Source: an uncultured delta proteobacterium
GTDB lineage: Bacteria; Desulfobacterota; Desulfobacteria; Desulfobacterales; B30-G6
Assembly: GCA_963823335.1 (NCBI GenBank)
Contig: CAWGLD010000005.1
Coordinates: 1-64,000 of the forward strand
DNA: 64,000 nucleotides
Direction of reading: 5' to 3'
The position numbers were made by a program, and so were the translations under genes. Every line of letters begins with the position of its first letter. The stretch's first letter is position 1. The notes under the pieces were generated by a model. It searched no databases, was not told where the DNA came from, and saw only the letters and a list, made by a program, of their open reading frames with translations. This document shows, piece after piece, positions 46,500-56,400 of the stretch.

Positions 46500-47696
46500 A
46501 TGCAAACAAACCCAAAAAACACGCAAGAGGACACAGCGTCCAAAGCGATCCCGTTTTATAACGATCCCAAGAAGCGCTCGATTTTCTTTCAGATCGGAAC
46601 CCTTCTGATGGTGGGACTGCTGGCTTTCTATCTGATATCCAATACCCTCACCAATCTTGAAAAACAGTCCATTGCAACCGGTATTGGTTTTCTACAGAAA
46701 GAGGCGGCTTTTGAAATCGGGGAATCGCCCATTGCCTATTCCGCGGCCGATACCTATGGTCGTGCCCTTGTGGTCGGTTTTTTTAACACCCTGATCGTAT
46801 CCTTTGTGGGGATCGTCATCACCATCATTTTAGGCACCCTGGTCGGTGTGGCCCGATTGTCTTCCAACTGGCTCGTTTCAAAACTGGCCGGAGGATATAT
46901 CGAGCTTTTCCAGGACATCCCCGTTCTGCTTCAGCTTTTTTTCTGGTACGCGTTTTTTTACAATATCCTGCCCTCACCGAAACAGGCCTTGAATCCGATC
47001 CTGGGTGTTTTTTTGAGCAACCGAGGGCTGGTTTTCGGTGTTCCGGAATCACACCCGGTCCATAAATACATGGTTCTTGCCTTGGTTGTAGCCTGTGTCG
47101 GTATCTATTTTTTGCACCGCTGGGCCAGAATCAGGCAGGAGCGGACAGGCCAAATATTCCCTGTTTTTCGTGTGGCGCTGACTGTTCTGTTCGGGCTTCC
47201 TCTGCTGACCTGGGCCCTGGGTGGCGCACCCACGGCCATGAATGTTCCTGCGCTCAAAGGATTCAATTTTGTCGGGGGAAGAAATATCAGCCCCGAGTTC
47301 ACTGCGCTTTTGCTGGGACTGATTCTATATACGGCGGCGTATGTGGCTGAGGTGGTACGGGCCGGGATTCAATCGGTGAGCAAAGGACAGAGCGAGGCGG
47401 CCATGTCCCTGGGTCTCAAGCCGGCCTTTGTACTGAATCTGGTGATTCTACCCCAGGCCCTGCGGGTCATCATTCCGCCGTTGACAAGCCAGATGCTGAA
47501 CCTGACCAAAAACAGCTCCCTGGCCGTGGCTATTGGATATCCGGATTTTGTTTCCGTGGCCGGCACCACCATCAACCAGACCGGTCAGGCCATCGAAGGT
47601 GTGGCGCTGATGATGATCGTGTATCTGACCTTGAGTCTGCTCACATCGGCATTCATGAACTGGTACAATACCAAGATGGCGCTGGTGGAGAGGTGA
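46500..47696 (+). CDS. aapQ: Amino acid ABC transporter permease
   Basis: AEVVRAGIQSVSKGQSEAA, KNSSLAVAIGYPD. Confidence 0.9.
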   Translation: MQTNPKNTQEDTASKAIPFYNDPKKRSIFFQIGTLLMVGLLAFYLISNTLTNLEKQSIATGIGFLQKEAAFEIGESPIAYSAADTYGRALVVGFFNTLIVSFVGIVITIILGTLVGVARLSSNWLVSKLAGGYIELFQDIPVLLQLFFWYAFFYNILPSPKQALNPILGVFLSNRGLVFGVPESHPVHKYMVLALVVACVGIYFLHRWARIRQERTGQIFPVFRVALTVLFGLPLLTWALGGAPTAMNVPALKGFNFVGGRNISPEFTALLLGLILYTAAYVAEVVRAGIQSVSKGQSEAAMSLGLKPAFVLNLVILPQALRVIIPPLTSQMLNLTKNSSLAVAIGYPDFVSVAGTTINQTGQAIEGVALMMIVYLTLSLLTSAFMNWYNTKMALVER

Positions 47697-47802
47697 TACC
47701 CAGGGTCGGAGGGTTAGAGGTTTGAAGGGGTGGAGGGTAGCTGACAGTCTACAGTTTAAATAGCTAAAATCGTTTTGAAGGGAATAAAAAGATCGTCATC
47801 TC

Positions 47803-48897
47803 ATGAATGAAACCGCCACCATAGAATCAACAGATGAAGTAAAACCGCCGGTGACGAGCGTGGGGGTTATTGGATGGGTACGGGCCAACCTATTCAACAG
47901 TATCTTTAATTCGATTTTGACTCTGGCGTCTATTTACTTCTTGGGGAAAGTGCTCCCGCCCGTTATTCGATGGGCGATTATCGACAGCCACTGGTTTTCC
48001 ACCGGTGAAGTGTGTCGAGGGGCGGAAGGTGCCTGCTGGTCGGTGATCCCGGCCAATATCCGCTTTATTATTTTTGGTTTCTTCCCTTACGAAATGCAGT
48101 GGCGTCCCCTCCTGGCCATGCTTCTTTTAGTGGGCCTGCTCTTTTACAGCCGGAACAGACGGCATTGGAAAAAATCGCTGTTGTATGCCTGGCTGGCCGG
48201 TCTGTTCATCATGGGCCTCCTTATGAAAGGAGGCATCCTGGGGCTGGCGAGTGTTGAAAGCACCCAGTGGGGCGGGCTTCCTTTGACACTGCTGCTGTCG
48301 GTTTTTGGTCTGGCTGCGGCCTACCCCTTGGGGGTCATTCTGGCCCTGGGACGTCAATCCCAGATGCCGGCCATCAAGACCCTTTGTATTGTTTATATTG
48401 AAATGATCCGGGGCGTACCGCTGATCACCCTTTTGTTCATGTCGTCCATTGTCTTTCCGCTGTTCCTGCCCGAGGGTGTTACGGTAAATGTCATTTTGAG
48501 AGCCCAGGTGGCCATCATTATGTTCACCGCCGCTTATGTTGCGGAAGTTGTTCGCGGCGGACTGCAAGGGATGGAAAAAGGCCAGTATGAAGCAGCCGAT
48601 TCCCTGGGGCTCAACTATTACCAGACCATGCGTCTGGTGATCCTGCCCCAGGCGCTGAAAATCGTGATACCCCCGACAGTGAGCCAACTCATATCGGCGC
48701 TAAAGGATACCTCCCTGGTCGTCATTATCGCCCTGTATGACCTTCTCAAAACCACCCAGTCGGTACTGTCGGATCCCTCCTGGATGGCGTTTTCTTCAGA
48801 GCTCTATATTTTTGTGGCACTGATCTACTTTGGTTGCTGTTACTTCATGTCCAGTTACAGCCGGCGCCTGGAAAAGGAACTGGATACAGGGCTGTAA
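47803..48897 (+). CDS. aapM: Amino acid ABC transporter permease
   Basis: WGGLPLTL, IRGVPLI, GQYEAA, KDTSLV. Confidence 0.9.
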   Translation: MNETATIESTDEVKPPVTSVGVIGWVRANLFNSIFNSILTLASIYFLGKVLPPVIRWAIIDSHWFSTGEVCRGAEGACWSVIPANIRFIIFGFFPYEMQWRPLLAMLLLVGLLFYSRNRRHWKKSLLYAWLAGLFIMGLLMKGGILGLASVESTQWGGLPLTLLLSVFGLAAAYPLGVILALGRQSQMPAIKTLCIVYIEMIRGVPLITLLFMSSIVFPLFLPEGVTVNVILRAQVAIIMFTAAYVAEVVRGGLQGMEKGQYEAADSLGLNYYQTMRLVILPQALKIVIPPTVSQLISALKDTSLVVIIALYDLLKTTQSVLSDPSWMAFSSELYIFVALIYFGCCYFMSSYSRRLEKELDTGL

Positions 48898-48944
48898 CGC
48901 ATGGTTGAGTAACGATTTTATATTGAAAAATAAAAGAGATAACC

Positions 48945-49715
48945 ATGAATGATACCAATGTGAATTTGAATTCCGCACCCACCGGTGATGCCATCATCGA
49001 AATCAAAAAGCTGCACAAATGGTTCGGCGAGTTCCATGTTCTTCAGAATATTGATCTAACCGTCCAGAAGAAAGAACGGATCGTTATTTGCGGGCCTTCA
49101 GGTTCGGGAAAATCGACCCTCATTCGTTGCATCAACCGCCTTGAAGAACATCAGCGTGGACAGATTATCGTGGATGGCATCGAGCTGAGCAATAATTTAA
49201 AAAACATTGAAAAGGTACGCACGGAAGTCGGTATGGTGTTCCAGCACTTCAATCTGTTTCCCCACCTGACCATCGTCGAAAATCTTACCCTCGGTCCCAT
49301 GTGGGTGCGAAAAGTTCCCAAAAAAGAGGCCGAAGAGACTGCCATGTATTATCTGGAAAAGGTTCAAATTGCCGAACAGGCAAAAAAATTTCCAGGTCAG
49401 CTTTCCGGTGGGCAACAGCAACGGGTGGCCATCGCCCGGAGCCTGTGCATGGCACCGAAAGTGATGCTTTTCGATGAGCCCACATCAGCCCTGGACCCTG
49501 AAATGATCAAAGAGGTTTTGGATGTCATGATCGATCTCGCCCAGGAAGGCATGACCATGATCGTGGTGACCCATGAAATGGGTTTTGCAAAAAGCGTGGC
49601 CCACCGGGTGCTTTTTATGGATTACGGAAAAATTGTGGAAGGCAATACACCCGGAGAATTCTTTGATAACCCGCAGCACGAAAGGACCAAGCTATTTTTG
49701 AGCCAGATCCTCTAA
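48945..49715 (+). CDS. aapP: Amino acid ABC transporter ATP-binding protein
   Basis: [26 protein letters not shown]. Confidence 0.92.
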   Translation: MNDTNVNLNSAPTGDAIIEIKKLHKWFGEFHVLQNIDLTVQKKERIVICGPSGSGKSTLIRCINRLEEHQRGQIIVDGIELSNNLKNIEKVRTEVGMVFQHFNLFPHLTIVENLTLGPMWVRKVPKKEAEETAMYYLEKVQIAEQAKKFPGQLSGGQQQRVAIARSLCMAPKVMLFDEPTSALDPEMIKEVLDVMIDLAQEGMTMIVVTHEMGFAKSVAHRVLFMDYGKIVEGNTPGEFFDNPQHERTKLFLSQIL

Positions 49716-49787
49716 TGTCCTCTGGGGACAGCTTTCACTTAATTCGTACATACTAATAAGACCCCGCAGCAAGCTGCAGGGTTAGTG

Positions 49788-50225
49788 CTAGCCGTTGTGG
49801 TTCAGATCGATTAGTGCTTGTTGGAGGGCCTGGTAAACCATCTCGGGGATGGTAGCCACTTTCAGTTCCAGGGGATTTCTGGCATCCATACATATCCGTT
49901 TTTCGGTGCCCACCACCATGTGCCGGCCATCTTCTGCACGGGTGATGAGGTGCTCAAGTGTCAGCCCTCTCTTGTTCAGGTCTTGGAGCCGCGTGAGGAT
50001 CTTGAGCCGCTGATGATAACGCCCCGCACGCAGGTACCGGCACTGGGTTTCCGCCAGGCCAAAAACAATGCCATGATCCTTCCACAGACGATCGTGCCGG
50101 ATGCCGATGACTTCGAAGAATTGATGTGCACAGGCATCGAACCATTCATAGTAACGCGGGTAGAATACAATGCCGAGTGCATCGAGATCACCCCACATGA
50201 TGCGTTTTTCAACGGTGTTTTCCAT
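49788..50225 (-). CDS. Acyl-CoA thioesterase (4HBT/YbgC hot-dog fold)
   Basis: WGDLDALGIVFYPRYYEWFD. Confidence 0.9.
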   Translation of the reverse strand: MENTVEKRIMWGDLDALGIVFYPRYYEWFDACAHQFFEVIGIRHDRLWKDHGIVFGLAETQCRYLRAGRYHQRLKILTRLQDLNKRGLTLEHLITRAEDGRHMVVGTEKRICMDARNPLELKVATIPEMVYQALQQALIDLNHNG

Positions 50226-50391
50226 TATGGATCCTTCTATACTTATTGTGATAACCGATTACTTTTTACTGCTTCTGAAGACCTGATAGCATTTTAGGGG
50301 TTTAGGCTGTAGGCTGTTAGGTGTTATTCGCTGATAGCTGTCAGCCACCCTCCAACCCTTGTATCACCCTCAGACCCTCGGACCCTTCTCT

Positions 50392-51660
50392 TTAATCCCC
50401 ATGCACCCGCCACATGTCTTCGTCTGTGTAACATTTTTCAGGGTTGGCATCCGCTCCCCTGGCGTCCATTTCGACATTTCGTATCGCTGGGGATGATGCG
50501 AGAATTTCACGGTAGTATTCATGCTGAATCAGCAGGTTCATGATTTCGTTGGTGCCGGTCCATATCTGCGTCAGACGGATATCTCGCACGATTTTTTCGA
50601 TGGGGTATACCTCTGTGTAACCGATTCCACCCATGATCTGCATGGCCTTGTTGGCAATTTCCCAGGCCGCATCGGTGGCAAATTTTTTGGCCTCACTGAC
50701 GAGTCTCCTCGCGTTGGGCGCCCCGGTGTCCACGGCGCGGGCCGCCATATAAACGATAGCCCGGGCGGCGTCCAGTTGTGTAATGGCATCCGCCACCATA
50801 AAATTGACGCCCTGGAACTTGCGGATGGCTTTTCCAAAAGCAAAGCGCTTGTCGCTGTAGCGCAGTGCAAGATCAAGCCCTGCCCGGACCCCCAGGCTTG
50901 CCGCAGCAGAGGTCAGGCGTTCTGGAATCATCATCTGGTGAAAGACCAGTGAACCGGAGTTCATATCGCTGATCAGATTCTCTTTAGGCACGCGGACATT
51001 TCTAAAGACAAGACGTCCGGTGCCGCCGCCCCGGGTACCCATGAGACCGTACTGGTATTCGGTTTCCACCCCCGGACCCCGTTCGATCAGCAAGGCACTG
51101 ATCCGTTCATACTTGTGGGCATTCTCGTCAAAGTTGGTCCGACAGTAAACCAGAAAAACATCGGCTTCGGTAGCTCCCACCACAAAACGTTTCTGGCCAT
51201 TGACGATGAAGTGATCGTTTTTCAGGGCGGCTGTTGTGGTGGCCCCAAAAAAGTCTGAACCACCTCTGGGTTCTGTCAGGGCTTCGGCACAGATGAGCTT
51301 GCCCTGTAGGATCGGTTTCAGAAATTTTTCTTTCTGGGTTTCGGTTCCAAATATGTGCAGTGCTTCACCGACGATGGAGGGCATCACGAAGGCACATCCC
51401 AATGCGGTTCCCAGGACACCGATTTCCTCTTCGGCAATGACCTCAGCGGTCCATGACAGACCGCGTCCGCCCCATCTGGGATCGAAGCGCAGACCGAGAA
51501 GATTCCTTGCGGCCAGTTTTTCGACGTATTCACGCGGGTATTCAATCTCATCCTTATCCATGGCACGGATCAAATCAGGAGACACGTCATCGCGTACAAA
51601 TGCCCTGACTTCCGCCTGGATGGCTTTTTCTGCATCAGTCATCATGCTGTCGTAAAACAT
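50392..51660 (-). CDS. Acyl-CoA dehydrogenase
   Basis: ALTEPRGGSD, NGQKRF, MGGIGY, IWTGTNEI; AAAGGAGG RBS before ATG 51660. Confidence 0.95.
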   Translation of the reverse strand: MFYDSMMTDAEKAIQAEVRAFVRDDVSPDLIRAMDKDEIEYPREYVEKLAARNLLGLRFDPRWGGRGLSWTAEVIAEEEIGVLGTALGCAFVMPSIVGEALHIFGTETQKEKFLKPILQGKLICAEALTEPRGGSDFFGATTTAALKNDHFIVNGQKRFVVGATEADVFLVYCRTNFDENAHKYERISALLIERGPGVETEYQYGLMGTRGGGTGRLVFRNVRVPKENLISDMNSGSLVFHQMMIPERLTSAAASLGVRAGLDLALRYSDKRFAFGKAIRKFQGVNFMVADAITQLDAARAIVYMAARAVDTGAPNARRLVSEAKKFATDAAWEIANKAMQIMGGIGYTEVYPIEKIVRDIRLTQIWTGTNEIMNLLIQHEYYREILASSPAIRNVEMDARGADANPEKCYTDEDMWRVHGD

Positions 51661-51678
51661 TTTGCCTCCTTTCCGAGG

Positions 51679-51899
51679 GTCATATAGCCTTCGGCTGTCA
51701 TTTGCACTTCGTGCGTCATTTGCGCTGCGCACGATATTAGGCCTGCGGCCGTCATTTATCCTTCGGATGTTATTAGCGCTACGCGCATCATTAAGCCTTC
51801 GGCTGTCATTTATTGTTGCTCACAGCGTATTGCTCGGAGTTTATTTAAAACTTAACACCTAAAACTTAACACCACCCTTAATGACGTGAAACAAATGAC
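51679..51899. repeat. GTCATTT + GNA-triloop hairpin micro-array, locus 3 (seven 18-nt units plus short inverted arm)
   Basis: Exact 18-nt period over 51679-51804; inverted TAATGAC-GT(GAA)AC-AAATGAC at 51879-51899. Confidence 0.88.
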
Positions 51900-51904
51900 T
51901 TGCT

Positions 51905-53218
51905 CTATCCTTTACGATTATTTTCTAATACTGCGAGTCGCTTAACGAGCGCAAGCACCCCCTCCAACGTAGCGCCCTTGAATCGGATACCGAGAGCGGC
52001 CACGAGCATGTCCAGGCTGATCAACCGTTTCTGTTGTGCCAGGAGGCTCAATGCCACCATGGCCATATCCTGGCGCTTGATCTTATTTCCCTTGAAGTCA
52101 ATGGGTAGTATGGTGCCGCGACACTTCGGGATTTCTGCCTTTGAATCCGCCAAGACAAAGGTGTCATCACTGCAGGTACTGAATACCGCTTTTTTGCGGT
52201 CGATGCCTTCCTGTCCCAGGGCCAGAATAACATCTGGTACTGTGATGCCGGCGTAGTCTATTTTGTCGGGGGATAAAATCACCTCACAGGCCGAGTGTCC
52301 CCTTAGAACCGTAATCGGGTAATCATTTTTCTGGGTTGCATGGAGTCCGGCCGTGAGTCCGGCATAGCACAATATCTCACCGGCGGTAACGATCCGCTGA
52401 CCGGCACTTCCCAGAATCAAAATTTCTTTGCGGTCGTTAAAGAGAGCTGGAAACTTCTTTGACACCTCCATGGGTGCCGGCAATGGTTTCTGCAAAGAAG
52501 CCTTTTGTCTATAGTGCTCACCGTACTCCTCCCGAATGTTTTCCGAAACAGGTCCATGATAGGTCGGCAGGCTGTCGATGGATGCCTGGATGGTCTTGAA
52601 GGTGGTTTTGTTTTGGCGGGTGTAACGACCCGGGCAGATGCCCCAGATGTCCATGGTGGAAAAGCCCTTGAATCGAATGGCCTGTTCCATTTCTGTTGAA
52701 AGGTCACTCTGGTAGGCAGAAACTCGGGTAACATAGCCTGCCCCGGCTGCGCGCACTACCCGGCAGGCATCCATGGGCTTCTCTATCTGGTTGAGAAAGC
52801 CGGATCCCACCAGTGCATCCTGCGGTGTGGTGACCGAGAACTGACCTCCGGTCATTCCATAATTGAAATTGTTGAGGATCAGCAAGGTGATGTCGATGTT
52901 GCGTCGGCAGGTGCTGAGCAGGTGGGCACCGCCGATACCCAGACCGCCGTCCCCCATGGTGACCACCACATGAAGATCGGGTTTCGCCAGTTTGATGCCC
53001 GTGGCATAGGTCAATGCCCGGCCATGGAGGCCGTGAAAAGCATGGGTCTTGAAAAAGGTGTCGAAAAGGCCTGAACAACCGATGTCACTAACAATAACGA
53101 CCTGGTTTTCGTGGATGCCCATCTGCAAAAAAGTCTTGTCCAGGGCGCGTGTCACGACCTCGTGAGAGCAGCCGGGACAATAGGCCGGCGGTCTGGAACT
53201 ATTGATAAAACTAGGCAT
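51905..53218 (-). CDS. 2-oxoacid:ferredoxin oxidoreductase beta-gamma fusion
   Basis: YCPGCSH, DIGCS, GDGG...NNFNYGMTGGQ (TPP binding), followed by gamma-like GSAGQRIVTAG. Confidence 0.9.
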   Translation of the reverse strand: MPSFINSSRPPAYCPGCSHEVVTRALDKTFLQMGIHENQVVIVSDIGCSGLFDTFFKTHAFHGLHGRALTYATGIKLAKPDLHVVVTMGDGGLGIGGAHLLSTCRRNIDITLLILNNFNYGMTGGQFSVTTPQDALVGSGFLNQIEKPMDACRVVRAAGAGYVTRVSAYQSDLSTEMEQAIRFKGFSTMDIWGICPGRYTRQNKTTFKTIQASIDSLPTYHGPVSENIREEYGEHYRQKASLQKPLPAPMEVSKKFPALFNDRKEILILGSAGQRIVTAGEILCYAGLTAGLHATQKNDYPITVLRGHSACEVILSPDKIDYAGITVPDVILALGQEGIDRKKAVFSTCSDDTFVLADSKAEIPKCRGTILPIDFKGNKIKRQDMAMVALSLLAQQKRLISLDMLVAALGIRFKGATLEGVLALVKRLAVLENNRKG

Positions 53219-54332
53219 GTGTGATGAATTCCTCCACTTGAGATGGTTTTATGAGGTTGCCATCCATCCGGCCCAGAAATCTGACAGAATGAGCCGATAA
53301 TATTCGCCTTATTTCATGGACATACTGACCAAGGTTCATTTCCACGACAAGAATTTGTCTATATGCCGAGGCTTTTTTCTTGATCAGCGCCTCGGGGATG
53401 GGCCACAGGGTTTTAAGGGTCAGTATGGAGACCGGTGTTCCGGAGATGGAGAGTTTCTTTGCGGCGGCCATGACTGCGCGTGCACTGATGCCATAGGTGA
53501 TCACCAGGATCTCGGCACCCTGTTCCACGTGTTCATCGTAAAACGTGAAATCCTCCACAGAGGCTTCCAGTTTGTTGCAGAGGCGTTCCTGGCTTTTTGC
53601 GATGATCTCCGGATCCACCGTGATGTAACCATCCGGACCATGTGTTGAGGATGTTTGACGGGCGATGGTTTTTCCGCCGACGGGCAAAAAATCAGGCGTA
53701 CTGGAAGGGTATAGGGCGGCAAAAGGGAGATAGGGGCTATCGTCAGGGGCGCTGGCCCGCTGGATGATGGGCGGCAAGGTCACTGTATCCAGGTCGAGAC
53801 TCTCCCGGGTCATACCGATTTCCTTGTTGGATGCAACGAATACAGGGCAGCGAAATGTTTCTGCCAGATTGAAGGCGTGAGCGGTCAGAGCATAGCAGTC
53901 TGCCACATCCGTGGGTGCCAGAACGATGACAGGTATTCCACCGCTGTTGCCCCAGCGTAGAAATTGGATATCACCGTCAGCGCCTTTTGTCGCCGATCCT
54001 GTAGAGGGGCCAAGCCGCTGGACATCGACGATAACGATGGGAATTTCGGATCCGATGGCAAAAGAAATGTTTTCGCTGTACAAACTGATGCCGGGGCCTG
54101 ATGTGGCTGTCATCACCTTCATGCCGGCCATGGAGGCGCCCAGGCAGAATCCAATGGAGGCGATCTCGTCTTCTCCCTGAATACAGATACCGCCTCTGGG
54201 AGGCAGTAGTTTCAGCATGGTGTTCAATATGGTTGTGGCCGGTGTAATGGGGTATCCTGCAAAAAAACGGCAGCCTGCGTGGTACGCTCCCCAGGCAACG
54301 GCCTCGTTTCCTTCCATTAGTGTCAGGGACAT
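53211..54332 (-). CDS. 2-oxoacid:ferredoxin oxidoreductase alpha subunit
   Basis: GNEAVA, GYPITP, EDEIAS, TATSGPG, EMNLGQ. Confidence 0.93.
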   Translation of the reverse strand: MSLTLMEGNEAVAWGAYHAGCRFFAGYPITPATTILNTMLKLLPPRGGICIQGEDEIASIGFCLGASMAGMKVMTATSGPGISLYSENISFAIGSEIPIVIVDVQRLGPSTGSATKGADGDIQFLRWGNSGGIPVIVLAPTDVADCYALTAHAFNLAETFRCPVFVASNKEIGMTRESLDLDTVTLPPIIQRASAPDDSPYLPFAALYPSSTPDFLPVGGKTIARQTSSTHGPDGYITVDPEIIAKSQERLCNKLEASVEDFTFYDEHVEQGAEILVITYGISARAVMAAAKKLSISGTPVSILTLKTLWPIPEALIKKKASAYRQILVVEMNLGQYVHEIRRILSAHSVRFLGRMDGNLIKPSQVEEFITHA

Positions 54333-54851
54333 GGGGCTCCTTTTTATAGCTCGAATATTTATATTTGAGGCGTTGTACGTGATTTATAGATATAAATCAA
54401 ATCTCAATTTCAGAGAGGCCCATGGGGTCCGGGATTCGAGGGTTCAAGTGGATGTGAAACCATCTATGTGCCAGGAGTACAGGGGCTCTTGTTTCATTTT
54501 TATTGTATAAACCAAACATGTGATGCCTGTCACGTGAAAATTGCCTTTAATCATTATGGACGATGATGTATAAGACCTATTAGGTGTTCAGGCTGTAGCC
54601 TGTTAGGCTGCTAATAGCCGATTGCTTTCTGCCACCCTTGAACCTCAACAGCGAGTGCATTCCCCGCTGCTTACGGCGGGGGATTTTCGAACCCTTTATG
54701 CGGGGAAGCTAGAATGCTCGGAAGATGGGATGCTGCTGTCCGCTTACAGCTGTTAGCTACCCTCGGATCCTTGGACCCTGTTTCCCAACGTCACAATAGA
54801 AGAAGCAGGGGATATTTTTCTTTTTGATATTGTTTGGAAGAAAGAACTTTT

Positions 54852-56189
54852 ATGAAACCTATTGTAGCCATCATTGGTCGACCCAACGTGGGGAAGTCGA
54901 CCTTTTTCAACCGCATCACAAAATCGAGAGATGCCCTTGTGGAGAACTTTCCCGGTGTTACCAGAGATCGTATTTATGGTGATGCAACCTGGAACGACGT
55001 TGCGTTTACCTTGATCGACACCGGAGGATTCACAGAGGCAGCCGACACGTTTGCGCCCCAGATCCGGTTGCAGATTCAGCTGGCCATGAACGATGCCGAT
55101 CTTGTCATTTTCATGCTGGACGGCAAGGGGGGGATTTCGCCCTTTGACCAGGATATCATCCAAATGCTGCGTGCAACCACCAAACCGGTCATGGTGGCAG
55201 TCAATAAAATCGATGGGTTTGAACAGGAAAAAGGCATCTATGATTTTTACAGCCTGGGTATAGAGGATCCCTATCCTGTGTCGTCTGAACACGGATACGG
55301 CATGCATGACTTTCTGGATAGTCTGGTGGAGCGCTTGACTCGGATTATGACCTTGAACACAGGGGATCAAGAAGAGGACTTCATAAAAATAGCCGTAGTG
55401 GGTCGACCAAATGTCGGAAAATCATCGCTGATCAACGCTATTATCGGCGAGGATCGGCACCTGGTGAGCGACATACCGGGCACAACCCGCGACGCAGTGG
55501 ATTCGGATTGTCGAAAGGATGGGCGCCAATATCGCTTTGTCGATACTGCCGGGATCCGGCGCAAGGGTAAGGTTCATCACAAACTGGAAAAATTTTCAGT
55601 CATCAAGGCCTTGAGGAGCCTTGACAGATGTGATGTTGCCTTGATGGTCTTGGATGCGGCCGACGGTATCACGGAACAGGATATCAACATCGCCGGTTAT
55701 GCATATGATAGGGGCTGCGGATGTATTTTTCTGCTGAACAAGTGGGATCTGGTGGAGAAAGACAGCAATACAGCCAAAAAATTTCAGCAGCAGGTAAAAG
55801 AGGCGGCAAAATTCCTTAATTTTGCCCCGGTTTTGACCATATCCGCCCTCACAGGTACCCGGGTTCGCAAGATTTTCGACATGGTTGACGAGGTCCACAG
55901 CCAGTTCGCTACCCGGATCAATACAGGGCAGCTAAACAGGATCGTGGAAAAAGCAACCCAGAAGAACGAGCCTTCCTTGGTCAAGGGGAAGCGGTTAAAA
56001 TTTTACTATGCCACCCAGATCACCACAAAACCGCCCACATTCGTGTGTTTTGTCAACTATCCCCAAGCGGTTCATTTTTCGTACAAACGCTATTTATTGA
56101 ACCAGATCCGTTTAGGCACCGGTCTCAACCAGACGCCCATGCGTCTCATCTTCCGCCAGCGAACAGGGCGGTTGACCAAGACGAAGTGA
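54852..56189 (+). CDS. der: Ribosome biogenesis GTPase Der
   Basis: Two GRPNVGKS G-domains plus KH-like C-terminus. Confidence 0.98.
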   Translation: MKPIVAIIGRPNVGKSTFFNRITKSRDALVENFPGVTRDRIYGDATWNDVAFTLIDTGGFTEAADTFAPQIRLQIQLAMNDADLVIFMLDGKGGISPFDQDIIQMLRATTKPVMVAVNKIDGFEQEKGIYDFYSLGIEDPYPVSSEHGYGMHDFLDSLVERLTRIMTLNTGDQEEDFIKIAVVGRPNVGKSSLINAIIGEDRHLVSDIPGTTRDAVDSDCRKDGRQYRFVDTAGIRRKGKVHHKLEKFSVIKALRSLDRCDVALMVLDAADGITEQDINIAGYAYDRGCGCIFLLNKWDLVEKDSNTAKKFQQQVKEAAKFLNFAPVLTISALTGTRVRKIFDMVDEVHSQFATRINTGQLNRIVEKATQKNEPSLVKGKRLKFYYATQITTKPPTFVCFVNYPQAVHFSYKRYLLNQIRLGTGLNQTPMRLIFRQRTGRLTKTK

Positions 56190-56393
56190 AGCAAATAGCA
56201 ATGTGCTGTAAGCCATAAGCGGTCTAAAGCTTCCCGGTATTCCGGTATAAAAAAGGGTTCGAGGGTTAGAAGAGCAGGGATCGAGGGTCCGTGGGGGATA
56301 TGAGGGTTTGAGGGTAGGAGGTTTGGAGGGGTGGCGGGTAGCTGAGAGCTATCGGCTATTAGCAATTTGCAGCCTACAGTCTAAATGCCTAAA
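56190..56393. repeat. Composite degenerate octamer/heptamer repeat; relatives at 47701-47770, 50294-50387, 54580-54780
   Basis: GAGGGTTY-type octamers, then GGGTRGCWGA.AGC and CAGCCTACAG.CTAAA blocks. Confidence 0.7.
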
Positions 56394-56400
56394 GGGCGAT

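Noticed and set aside
51661-51732. N-terminal extension MRSANDARSAND of the acyl-CoA dehydrogenase, and the 51662-51862 ORF
   Set aside because: Artefacts of translating the 18-nt repeat; a strong RBS precedes ATG 51660
51679-51811. CRISPR array
   Set aside because: The constant part is only 7 nt and the variable part is 11 nt and self-complementary; no cas genes or leader
56308-56400. N-terminal extension of RarA in the ORF track
   Set aside because: Lies in the composite repeat; ATG 56401 (MDLF) is the typical start
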